From positions 32,001-96,000 of the forward strand of contig JBDLKA010000001.1 of NCBI GenBank assembly GCA_039714075.1: DNA of 64,000 bases. The letters are read 5' to 3'. The notes beneath the pieces were generated by a model, which made no database searches, was not told the origin of the DNA, and was given only the letters and a program-made list of their open reading frames with translations. Source of the DNA: Candidatus Krumholzibacteriota bacterium. GTDB taxonomy: Bacteria > Krumholzibacteriota > Krumholzibacteriia > LZORAL124-64-63. Made by a program: the position numbers and the translations under genes. Positions 8,044 to 16,905 of this stretch are shown here, piece after piece; within the stretch, counting starts at the first letter, position 1, and every line of letters starts with the position of its first letter.

Positions 8044-9570
8044 TTGCGTTCAGTCGTCTTGTTAAGCCGGAGACATCGGGTCTATTCCGCGGCGGCGTCA
8101 TGGAATCTGCCCGAGGTCGAACTTTTTCTGTATGACTCTCCCTCCGAGGCGCTGGCGCGCATCTCCCTGGGAAAAACCTCGCTTTTCGTCTTCGATACCC
8201 GCGATTATCCCCGCTTCAAACATGTCGTGCGCAAATTCCTTTCCATGAAGACCGACGCCGATATGGTGATCGTCGGCCAGGACGATATCATGCCGGATGT
8301 CGCGGCCACGGATCATCAGGAAGCTGTCCGGCAGCTGCCGGCCGATGCCGACCCCGAGGAAATCCAGCAGGTTGTCGAAAGGCTGCTGCGCCTGCGCCGG
8401 GTGCGGGAGGGAAGCGGCATCGTGGGCCGCAGCCTGGCCGTGGCGGAGATGTTGTCCCTGATCGCCCATGCCGCCCCCCTGGACGTGAATATCCTCATCC
8501 TGGGGGAAAGCGGGACCGGCAAGGAGTTGGTGGCCCGGGCCATCCACGACAATTCCCACCGCAAGGACGGACCGTTCATCAGCCTGAATTGCGGGGCCAT
8601 GAGTGAAGGTGTTCTCGAGAGTGAACTCTTCGGCCATGTCCGCGGCGCCTTCACCGGTGCGGTGGCGGATCATGAAGGGGTCTTCAAGCGGGCCGACGGC
8701 GGCACCCTGTTCCTGGATGAAGTCGCCGAAATGCCCCTGGGCATGCAGACCCGGTTCCTGCGGGCCCTGGAAACGGGCGACTTCACGCCCGTCGGGGGGC
8801 GGGCCACCGAACACGGCGACATCCGGCTGGTGGCGGCCACCCATCGCGATCTGGCCCAGGACGTGACCCAGGGCCGGTTCCGGCAGGATCTCTACTACCG
8901 TTTGAAGGTCGTGGTCATCAATGCCCCGCCGCTGCGGGATCGCAAGGACGACATCCCGATCCTGTCCGACAAGTTCCTGAACGATCAGAACGAAAAACAC
9001 GGCTTGCATATCCGCGGCCTGACCCGCGCGGCGGAGCAGGCTTTGTTCAACCACGATTGGCCGGGCAACGTCCGCGAGCTCCTCAACACCATCAGCTCGG
9101 TCGCCGTTCTCAAACAGCGCGGCATGATCGAGCTGGAGGATCTGCCCCTGGAAATCCGTTTCGGGGAAGGGCCGGACCAGGATGCCTTCCTGCCCGTCCC
9201 GTTGGATGGGCAGGGAGCCGGGAACATCGACTTTGCCGTTTTGGCCACCACCCTGCTCGAGTTGCGCCACGACATCCGGGAGATCAAGGCCATGCTGAAA
9301 GCCGGCGCCGGGTCCCTCCAGGATTCCGGGGAATGGCCACTGTCTGCCAACGGCCGCCTGCCGGCCACCGAGGGAGTGGTGGAAACATTTTCGGGCGCGG
9401 CGGGTTACAGCCCGCTGCAGAGTGACCGGGCCGGCGATCTGCAGACCGCTGAACGGTCCCTGATCGAATCCGCCCTGAAACACGCGGGCGGCAATCGTCG
9501 CAAGGCGGCCGATCGACTGGGAATCAGCGAGCGGACTCTCTACCGCAAGATCAAGCTCTACGGTCTTTGA
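8044..9570 (+). CDS. Sigma54-dependent transcriptional activator (pseudo-receiver, AAA+, Fis-type HTH)
   Basis: GESGTGKE, ESELFGH, GAFTGA, GGTLFLDE, FRQDLYYRL, WPGNVREL and C-terminal GNRRKAADRLGISERTLYRKI. Confidence 0.93.
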   Translation: MRSVVLLSRRHRVYSAAASWNLPEVELFLYDSPSEALARISLGKTSLFVFDTRDYPRFKHVVRKFLSMKTDADMVIVGQDDIMPDVAATDHQEAVRQLPADADPEEIQQVVERLLRLRRVREGSGIVGRSLAVAEMLSLIAHAAPLDVNILILGESGTGKELVARAIHDNSHRKDGPFISLNCGAMSEGVLESELFGHVRGAFTGAVADHEGVFKRADGGTLFLDEVAEMPLGMQTRFLRALETGDFTPVGGRATEHGDIRLVAATHRDLAQDVTQGRFRQDLYYRLKVVVINAPPLRDRKDDIPILSDKFLNDQNEKHGLHIRGLTRAAEQALFNHDWPGNVRELLNTISSVAVLKQRGMIELEDLPLEIRFGEGPDQDAFLPVPLDGQGAGNIDFAVLATTLLELRHDIREIKAMLKAGAGSLQDSGEWPLSANGRLPATEGVVETFSGAAGYSPLQSDRAGDLQTAERSLIESALKHAGGNRRKAADRLGISERTLYRKIKLYGL

Positions 9571-9680
9571 CCCGGAAGTGATTGAAGGCAAGTCTTTTCA
9601 GATGGCTCAAAATGTCCTATAATGATTTAAACTCGTACCGAATCACCCTCCGACCTTACCCCTGGTTAGCGAGGCAAGTT

Positions 9681-10790
9681 ATGCTGTTGAAACGGGTGCG
9701 GCCTGTTCCGGGTCGACTTGTGTGGCCAGCTACATGTCCAGTATCGGGCTTGCGCCTGGCCCTGCTGGTTGTTTTTGTCGCTCTCGCCCTGCCCGGCAGC
9801 GCCTTGGCCACCAAGTACGCCGGCGCCTTCATGGAAAACGGCGGCGGCGCCCGGGCTCTGGGCATGGGCGGGGCCTTCACCGCCGTTGCCGATGATCCTT
9901 CGGCCACGTTCTGGAATCCCGCGGGCCTGGCCACCTTGCCCGAGCGGGAACTGCTGCTGATGCATTCCGAACGTTTCGGCGATCTGATCGACCGGGATTT
10001 CGTTTCCTACACCCAGCCGGTCGGCTGGTCCATTTTCGGCGGGGAATCGGCGGGCATCGGGGTTTCGGTCATCCGCCTGGGCGTGGACGACATTCCCTTC
10101 ACGGAGCATCTGTTGGACTTGATGGACACCGACAACAGCGGCAAAGTCGATGATGACGAACTCCTTGATCCCGTCACTGGTCTTTTGGCAAACCAGGATG
10201 AGATCGAATACAAGAGCGACCAGGAATTCGCCCTGATGTTTTCCTACGGCGAGCAGTTGGGTGAATGGCAGGCGGGGGGCACCCTCAAACTCGTGCGGCA
10301 AAGCGTGGGACCCTATTCAAGTCTCGGATTCGGTGCGGACATCGCCTTTCTGCGGCCCCGGATCTGGAAGAGCCTGGATTTCGGCATCAAGTTCCAGGAC
10401 ATCACCACCACCTATCTTTCCTGGAGTACCGGACGCAATGAACTGATCACGCCCGCGGTTGTCCCCGGGCTGGCCTGGAACCATGAAGTGCCGGACTGGA
10501 ACATGAATTTCGTCATGGCCGCGTCCCTGGAAACCAGGTTCGACAACCGTCGTGACGCCGATCAGATGTGGGGCGGATCGACGAGTGCGAATTCGCACCT
10601 CGGGATGGAAATCGGGTTTTCCCGCAAGGTGTTCCTGCGGGTGGGGTACGACAGTGGCTTCAACGAGGACGATCTCACCGGCGGCGCCGGTTTCCGGATC
10701 AATCCCTTGACCGTGGACTACGCCTACGCGGGGGACACCCTGGACATCGACGAGGTGACCCACCGGATCAGCATGTCGGTACGTTTCTGA
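9681..10790 (+). CDS. PorV/PorQ-family outer-membrane beta-barrel (start uncertain; 9681 or 9750)
   Basis: Signal peptide followed by KYAGAF...GARALGMGGAFTAVADDPSATFWNPAGL; VDYAY...THRISMSVRF with terminal Phe. Confidence 0.8.
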   Translation: MLLKRVRPVPGRLVWPATCPVSGLRLALLVVFVALALPGSALATKYAGAFMENGGGARALGMGGAFTAVADDPSATFWNPAGLATLPERELLLMHSERFGDLIDRDFVSYTQPVGWSIFGGESAGIGVSVIRLGVDDIPFTEHLLDLMDTDNSGKVDDDELLDPVTGLLANQDEIEYKSDQEFALMFSYGEQLGEWQAGGTLKLVRQSVGPYSSLGFGADIAFLRPRIWKSLDFGIKFQDITTTYLSWSTGRNELITPAVVPGLAWNHEVPDWNMNFVMAASLETRFDNRRDADQMWGGSTSANSHLGMEIGFSRKVFLRVGYDSGFNEDDLTGGAGFRINPLTVDYAYAGDTLDIDEVTHRISMSVRF

Positions 10791-10814
10791 TCCTGCGTTC
10801 GAACATTGAACCCG

Positions 10815-10852
10815 ACAAAAAAAGAGGCCCCGCAAGAGGCCTCTTTTTTTGT
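10815..10852. terminator. Bidirectional intrinsic terminator
   Basis: ACAAAAAAAGAGGCC-ccgcaaga-GGCCTCTTTTTTTGT between convergent genes. Confidence 0.9.
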
Positions 10853-10866
10853 TCGACATCCCGTGG

Positions 10867-12654
10867 CTAATTGCCGGGACGGTAGGCGTACAGCCTAAGG
10901 CCTGGATGGATGAGGTTGGTCTTGTAGAGGTTGTTCACCTTGCGCAGATGCTTCAGGGAAACCCCGAGTTTGCGCGCGACTCCGCCCAACGTGTCACCCG
11001 ACTTGACCTTGTAGCTGACCCGCACATATCCGTCCGGCGGGACGTAGTGGCCCTTTTCCGAAGCCCGGCTGCGCGCCTTGGCGGCCAGTTCGGCCGGCAT
11101 GGGGATCAGCAACTGGTCCCCGGGGCGAATCAGGTGGACGTCGCCCAGTTTGTTCAGGGTGGCGATGTCATTGACGCTGGTGCCGTAGTCGCGGGCAATG
11201 TGTCCCAGGGTCTGGCCCCTCTCGACCCGGTGACGTCTCCAGGTCAATCTTTTGTCCTTCGGAACCCGCCGCAGCGCGTCCCTGGCCTTGGATCCCGTGC
11301 CGGCGGGAATACGCACGGGATAGTCTTTCGTGTCCGGGGGACTGGCGCCGCGAACCAGGGCGGGATTCAGTTTCCTGACTTCATCGGCGGGGACACCGGC
11401 GCACCTGGCGATCAAATCCAGATCCGTGGCGTCATCCACCTTGATGATGTCGTACCTGAGGGGTGGAATGTCCCGTTTCTGGAAACCGTACTTCTCGGGG
11501 TCCTCGCCGATACGCGCGGCCGCTATGAACTTGGGCACGTAATCGGTGGTCTGGCTGGGCAGCCGCATTTTCCAGTAGTTGTCGTGGCCGTGCATCCGGA
11601 TTTTCCGGGCGATCCTGCCGCCGCCGGTGTTGTAGGCCGCCAGGACCAGGGCCCAGTCGCCGAACTTGCCGTGGAGGTATTTGATGTACCTGGCGGCCGC
11701 CCGGGTCGACATTTCCATGTCCCGGCGTTCGTCCAGCCACCAGCTGAGGCGCAGGTCGTAATCCCGGGCCGTCCCGGCCATGAATTGCCAGGGGCCGACC
11801 GCGCTGACTTTGGATACGGCGCGCGGACTCATGCCGCTTTCGATCATGGCCAGATAGATCAATTCCCGGGGGAGATCATTTTCCTCGAGGATGGAGGTCA
11901 CCAGTGGTTCGGCCGCGGTCTTGCGGTCAAGCCAGAACTGAAAATTCCGGCGCCCCTTGCCGGTAAAATAGTTTTCCCACTTCCGTACGGCCTGGTTTTC
12001 GACCTTCATCAGGTCCGCAGTGATGCTGGCCAACCGGGTCCCGGTGGCCGGAACCAGGGAATCGGGAAAAGCGGAATTGGCCAGACGGCCGTAGTTGGCG
12101 GCCAGCAGGGAATCCGCGTCACCGGGATGGCCCGCGTAGGCATTCTGTTCCGCCAGGATTCCCTGCAACAGCCAAACCCGGCGGTCCAGACTGCGCAGAT
12201 GGGACGCATAAAGGGAATCCACATCGTCCGGCAGGGGAAGGTGGACCTGCTCCTGCAAGGTATAGAGGTGATCCTGGGCCAGATCGAGTTTGTCCTGCCC
12301 CGCAAACTCCAATGCCGTTTCGCAGAGGGCTTCCAGGTCTTCCAGACTGGCACGACCCTCCGGGCCGACCGGAAGCGTAACCACGGGTTCGTCAGGCAGG
12401 ACAACCGGCTGAATGGTGTCCAGAGGTGCCTCGCCAATGGTCACGCCACCCTGGGCCGCCCAACCCTCCGTGAGGTGAGCGTTGTCCCCGGTAGCGCTAA
12501 ACCCTGGGTCGCCGTCCCGCTGAGCAGACTTGCCGGCGCAGGAATTCAAGAAAACAGCTGAAGGAATAAGCATAAGCAACAGCAAGCAAAGGCGATAAGC
12601 CCAAGGCTTCCTGTTTCTGGAATTCTTGTCGTCAAGGTTGTTTCGACCTGTCAT
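10867..12654 (-). CDS. MltD-like lytic murein transglycosylase lipoprotein with LysM domains
   Basis: Lipobox LNSC; SLT motifs IESG, GPWQF and LAAYNTG; LysM repeats (HRVERGQTLGHIA, YKVKSGDTLGGVA). Confidence 0.9.
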   Translation of the reverse strand: MTGRNNLDDKNSRNRKPWAYRLCLLLLMLIPSAVFLNSCAGKSAQRDGDPGFSATGDNAHLTEGWAAQGGVTIGEAPLDTIQPVVLPDEPVVTLPVGPEGRASLEDLEALCETALEFAGQDKLDLAQDHLYTLQEQVHLPLPDDVDSLYASHLRSLDRRVWLLQGILAEQNAYAGHPGDADSLLAANYGRLANSAFPDSLVPATGTRLASITADLMKVENQAVRKWENYFTGKGRRNFQFWLDRKTAAEPLVTSILEENDLPRELIYLAMIESGMSPRAVSKVSAVGPWQFMAGTARDYDLRLSWWLDERRDMEMSTRAAARYIKYLHGKFGDWALVLAAYNTGGGRIARKIRMHGHDNYWKMRLPSQTTDYVPKFIAAARIGEDPEKYGFQKRDIPPLRYDIIKVDDATDLDLIARCAGVPADEVRKLNPALVRGASPPDTKDYPVRIPAGTGSKARDALRRVPKDKRLTWRRHRVERGQTLGHIARDYGTSVNDIATLNKLGDVHLIRPGDQLLIPMPAELAAKARSRASEKGHYVPPDGYVRVSYKVKSGDTLGGVARKLGVSLKHLRKVNNLYKTNLIHPGLRLYAYRPGN

Positions 12655-12796
12655 CCGTGACCAATCCTTTAAATCAGCCCCGGGTTTCCCATCCGGCCAA
12701 TACCCGGTGGTAATCCCTGGGGAACAATTCGTGGCAATCAGCTTTCATGTTTCCGGAAAAATAGCAAATTCCGGGCCCTTGTTCCAATGTAGGGTG

Positions 12797-12825
12797 TTGC
12801 TAAAATTCTAATGATATGTCATAAT
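12797..12825 (+). promoter_or_regulatory. Putative sigma70 promoter for the diguanylate cyclase
   Basis: TTGCTA-N17-CATAAT in the AT-rich divergent intergenic region. Confidence 0.45.
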
Positions 12826-12870
12826 TAAGTATCAATTCTTACAACCCCTGACAGGCAGACAATACCAAGA

Positions 12871-14316
12871 ATGGCCACACCGGAAATTGCACTGAAACGG
12901 ATGCTATCGGGCGAGCTGCCTTTGGAGAAGGTGGGTCCCCATCTGCGTCATGCCTGCCGGCGAGCCCTTCGTTCGGGAGATTTCGAGCGGATGCGCCTGG
13001 CGGCCAAGGTGGTCGTCACCGAATTGGCGCGGAGGGGAGAGTTGGTCGGGATTGCCCTGGACCAAAGCCCCGGTAATCATTCCGGGGGCGGGCCATTCTG
13101 CATGGCCAAGGGCAGCCGGCGGGTATTTGACCTGTCTATTCTGGGAGATGACGCGGTCATTTTTCCGCAGCATGAAACGCCTGCCAAACCACCGGCGCCG
13201 CCGGTTTCTTCGCCGGTCACCTCCCGACCTGCCTCCCAATTGAACCTGGACGTTTTCACCGGAATTCTCGGGGCCATGGAACAGGCCCAGGATCTTGAAA
13301 TCGGTGACCCCCGCTCCGGTGAAAACGGCATCATCCTGGTCGGTATCCTTGAGTTGCTGGGGCGTTTCATGCCCCAGTTCCCCATGTTCATCATGTGGAA
13401 CGAAGGCCAGCAGGTACCGGAGGAACAGGAACAACTTTTCAAGATCAGCACCGATGAATCGGAAACCGGTTGGCTTTCCCTGCGCACGCCCGGCCATTCC
13501 GTCTGGATTCCCGACCCCGCGGAACTTCCCGCGCATATCAGAAAACGGGACAGGGGCGCGGGGTCCGGGCAGGTATCCCACCGCCGGGCGGTGGCCGTTC
13601 CCCTGTGGGAACCCAAAATCGGTGATCGCTCCACCTCGTCCCCGCAGGAATCCGGGCTCCTGTTCCTGATCACCGACGATGACCTGACCCGCGACCTGTT
13701 GCTCGGCCTCGGGGAAAGGCTTTCCCGATTTGTCACCCGGCGTTGGCAGCACCAGAGGGAAGTCAACCAGCGGATTCACGTGGACAGTCTGACCGGCGCC
13801 TTCAACCGCGCGTTTTTCGACGCCCAGTTCCCCCTCGAACTGGAAAGGGCTCGCCGGTCGGAAGTGCCTTTGACGCTGGTCATTGCGGATCTGGACAAAT
13901 TCAAGAGGATCAACGACACCCACGGCCACCAGGCCGGCGACGAGATCCTGCGCATGGTGGCACGCCGCCTGCACGAGGAATTGCGCCGTATCGACCTGAT
14001 CTGCCGGATCGGGGGAGAAGAGTTTGCCCTCATTCTTCCCGACACTTCCCAGGACGCCGCCCAGGATGTCATGAGCCGATTGCTGGATTCCAGTTTCAGC
14101 ACCAGCATGACCACCGAGGGGGAAACCATCGAGATCACGGCGACTTTTTCTTATGGTGCCGTCACCTTCCCGGCCGCCGGCGCGGACCCTCTTGAACTGT
14201 ACCGCAAGGCCGATGGCCTGCTTTTCCTGTCCAAGGACCTGGGCCGTAACCGATGCCACTTCTGGAACAGCGACGGAGACCATCTTCAGATTCTGCCTTC
14301 CGATCCCGGCGACTGA
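12871..14316 (+). CDS. Diguanylate cyclase with an uncharacterised N-terminus and possible GAF-like region
   Basis: DSLTGAFNR, DLDKFKRINDTHGHQAGD, and RRID-LICRI-GGEEF (intact A-site and I-site). Confidence 0.92.
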   Translation: MATPEIALKRMLSGELPLEKVGPHLRHACRRALRSGDFERMRLAAKVVVTELARRGELVGIALDQSPGNHSGGGPFCMAKGSRRVFDLSILGDDAVIFPQHETPAKPPAPPVSSPVTSRPASQLNLDVFTGILGAMEQAQDLEIGDPRSGENGIILVGILELLGRFMPQFPMFIMWNEGQQVPEEQEQLFKISTDESETGWLSLRTPGHSVWIPDPAELPAHIRKRDRGAGSGQVSHRRAVAVPLWEPKIGDRSTSSPQESGLLFLITDDDLTRDLLLGLGERLSRFVTRRWQHQREVNQRIHVDSLTGAFNRAFFDAQFPLELERARRSEVPLTLVIADLDKFKRINDTHGHQAGDEILRMVARRLHEELRRIDLICRIGGEEFALILPDTSQDAAQDVMSRLLDSSFSTSMTTEGETIEITATFSYGAVTFPAAGADPLELYRKADGLLFLSKDLGRNRCHFWNSDGDHLQILPSDPGD

Positions 14317-16799
14317 CATCCCTCGGGAAGAAATTCCTTTCCGGCACCGCGAGAAACTGGCCCCTCTGCTGGGCGTTGGTCTACCTGGCGGGTTTCGGCC
14401 TGGGAGGAAGGCTACCTTTTGGTGCTGCTTCGACGGCCATGGAACTCCAGGTGTTTCCCCTGGCGGCCCGGGGCGCGGCGCTGCTGCCGGCGGTTTTTGC
14501 CATGGTGACCGGCTGGGGTGTTGTTCCGGTCTGGCTGGGAGTTCTGGCCGGCGGTTATGCCGCGGGTTCCATGGAGGCGATCCAACGCCAGTCCAGGCAT
14601 ACTGCTGTTGCCGAACGGCCCTACTCCGTTGCCCAGTCCCTGGTGTGGCACGGACCGGCCATCGTGCGGATCACCGGCTGGCCGGCGAAGGCCGCCAATG
14701 ACCGCTGGCGGGCTCCGGCCCGCATTCTTCACCTGGGTGATCCTGTCGATCGAAAAGGGGACCTGGACCCCCGACCCGGACAGGGAGTGATGCTGTCGGG
14801 CAAAGGCACCGCACCTGAACCGGGGGCGCGACTGACCGGGCCGTTGGAATTTTCAGTTCCCTCCGGGGCCTCCGTGCCGGGCGCCTTCGACTACCGTCTC
14901 TTTCTGGCCGGTCGCGGATTGGCATGGCGCGGCCGCCTTACCGACTGGCGCATCCTGTCCGATCCCGACCTCGTTGCCACCCTTGGCAGCGACTACCTGG
15001 GCCCTTTGCGCCGGGGGATCGTCGCTCGAATCAGCCGCCTGTTGCCCCCCGGAGAAGCCAGGATGGCCGGCGCCGTCCTGCTGGGCATCAGGGATTCCGA
15101 GAGCCGCCGTGCCAGCCGCTCCTTTTCCGATCTGGGTCTGGCCCACCTGTTTGCCGTCAGTGGACTCCATGTGGGCATCCTGCTGGGGATCATCGTTCTG
15201 CCGGGGCAATGGAGCGGGTTATCGCCAGGCCTGCGTCTTGTTCCCATCATGGTTTTCCTGCCCGTTTACGTCCTGCTCACCGGGCTGCCGGGGTCGGTCA
15301 TGCGCGCGGCGTCCCTGGGTTTCTTGGCCCTTTTGGCGGCAGGGGTCGGCAGGCCCGCGAACGCCCTGCGCCTGATCGGACTCCTGTTCTGGGCCGGCAC
15401 AATTTGGGACCCGGTCCAGAACCTGGACACCGGCCTCAAGCTTTCCTATTTCGCGGCGGGGGGCATTCTGGGCGTCAGCGCGCTGTCCAACGGCCTGCGG
15501 TTCTCCACCAACAGGTTCCTGGGGCCATTGTTCACGGGCCTGGCCGTCAGCGCCGCGGCCCAGTGGTTCACCCTGCCGCTGGTCGCCGGTTCGTTCGGGC
15601 GGATCAGTTCCCTGTCGCTGCTGGCCAATCTTGTCGCCGTTCCCTTGTTCGGCCTGGCCGTCTGGTGTGTGGTGTTGTCCCTTCTGGCGGCGTCCGTCTG
15701 GGCAGGCGGTGCTGAAATCCTGGGTGCCCTGTCCTGGTTCCTGTTCAGGACTCTGGGGGGTATGGCAGGTTATGTCAGCCGGGGAACGGCCGGTTTTCCG
15801 GTCGGGTTGCCGCCGCCCGATGTGGCCCTGCTAGTCCTGTGGATACTGCTTTCGGCGGTCGGTCTGTTCACATTGAACCTCCACCTGAATAATAAACTGA
15901 GAGGTTCCCTGACTCTGGGAATCTGCTTGTTGATGCTGACCGCAGGCGTCATGTCCTTTGGACCCTTGTCCTGGAAACTGGGGGCGAAAGACAAAGTCAC
16001 CGCCTGGCAGTTCGATGTGGGGCAGGGGGACTGCGGCCTGATCATTTTTCCCGACGGTTGGTCGCTCATGATCGACACCGCTGGACTGTTCGGATTCGGT
16101 CGGGCCGCAGCCGATGGGCCCTTGACCCGAAGCATCATGCCCTTCTTGCAAAGAAACGGCCTCGCCGAAATCGACGCGGTGGTCTTGACCCACGGCCACC
16201 GCGACCATACCGGAGGCGCCCGCTCCCTCAACCAGGCGGTTCGTGTCGGCGCCTGGTTTGTTTCCGGCAAGGCGGGACATTCACTGACCGGTCAGGTCGA
16301 CTCCACCCGCATCGTATTCCCCCGAACCGGGCAGGTGCTCCACCGGTGGCGGGAATGGGATATCAGGGTCGCCTATCCTCCGGGCCCGCTGGGGGATGAC
16401 ATATACGAAAACGATCATTCCCTGGTGGTGGTCCTGCGCCGGTCGGGACGGGATCTTGCTGTCTGGAGCGGAGACCTGGAACTGGAGGGGGAACACCACA
16501 TGCTGGCCGGGGGCCAGGCCCCGGCCGATGTCCAGGTCTGGAAGGCAGGACATCACGGAAGCGACACTTCGGGATCTCCCGCCCTGCTGGACCTGCTTGA
16601 CCCGGAACTGGTTTTGATAAGTTGCGGGGTGGGCAACAGCTACAAACATCCCAGCCATGGCGCCTATGTGGTGGCCGGCGACACCGTGGCCATCGCGCGG
16701 ACGGACCTGCAGGGAACCATCCGCCTGGAATGGGACCTGGGCGGGACCCTGACCTGGCGAACCATGGCCACCGAACCCCGAAAAATCGGCCTGCCTTGA
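14253..16799 (+). CDS. comEC: DNA internalisation competence protein ComEC/Rec2 (true start probably further downstream)
   Basis: Competence motif HLFAVSGLHVG, many transmembrane segments, and metallo-beta-lactamase motifs FDVGQGD, THGHRDHTGG, HHGS. Confidence 0.9.
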   Translation: MPLLEQRRRPSSDSAFRSRRLTSLGKKFLSGTARNWPLCWALVYLAGFGLGGRLPFGAASTAMELQVFPLAARGAALLPAVFAMVTGWGVVPVWLGVLAGGYAAGSMEAIQRQSRHTAVAERPYSVAQSLVWHGPAIVRITGWPAKAANDRWRAPARILHLGDPVDRKGDLDPRPGQGVMLSGKGTAPEPGARLTGPLEFSVPSGASVPGAFDYRLFLAGRGLAWRGRLTDWRILSDPDLVATLGSDYLGPLRRGIVARISRLLPPGEARMAGAVLLGIRDSESRRASRSFSDLGLAHLFAVSGLHVGILLGIIVLPGQWSGLSPGLRLVPIMVFLPVYVLLTGLPGSVMRAASLGFLALLAAGVGRPANALRLIGLLFWAGTIWDPVQNLDTGLKLSYFAAGGILGVSALSNGLRFSTNRFLGPLFTGLAVSAAAQWFTLPLVAGSFGRISSLSLLANLVAVPLFGLAVWCVVLSLLAASVWAGGAEILGALSWFLFRTLGGMAGYVSRGTAGFPVGLPPPDVALLVLWILLSAVGLFTLNLHLNNKLRGSLTLGICLLMLTAGVMSFGPLSWKLGAKDKVTAWQFDVGQGDCGLIIFPDGWSLMIDTAGLFGFGRAAADGPLTRSIMPFLQRNGLAEIDAVVLTHGHRDHTGGARSLNQAVRVGAWFVSGKAGHSLTGQVDSTRIVFPRTGQVLHRWREWDIRVAYPPGPLGDDIYENDHSLVVVLRRSGRDLAVWSGDLELEGEHHMLAGGQAPADVQVWKAGHHGSDTSGSPALLDLLDPELVLISCGVGNSYKHPSHGAYVVAGDTVAIARTDLQGTIRLEWDLGGTLTWRTMATEPRKIGLP

Positions 16800-16824
16800 C
16801 ACCGACCCGGCCCCTGCCTACAAT
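16796..16824 (+). promoter_or_regulatory. Sigma70 promoter for purC-purH
   Basis: TTGACA-N17-TACAAT. Confidence 0.8.
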
Positions 16825-16905
16825 GCCGCCTGCGTCCCCCAGAATCCATTTTCCAGGGCCGGGCGAAAACCGTCCCGCCCCCCAACCCATCCCGAGGGAG
16901 TCCCC

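Noticed and set aside
16830..16905. ZTP or purine riboswitch in the purC-purH leader
   Set aside because: The conserved ZTP elements (GACTGGCG...GTGG, CGCCTGGG pseudoknot) and the purine aptamer core are absent, and the leader is short.
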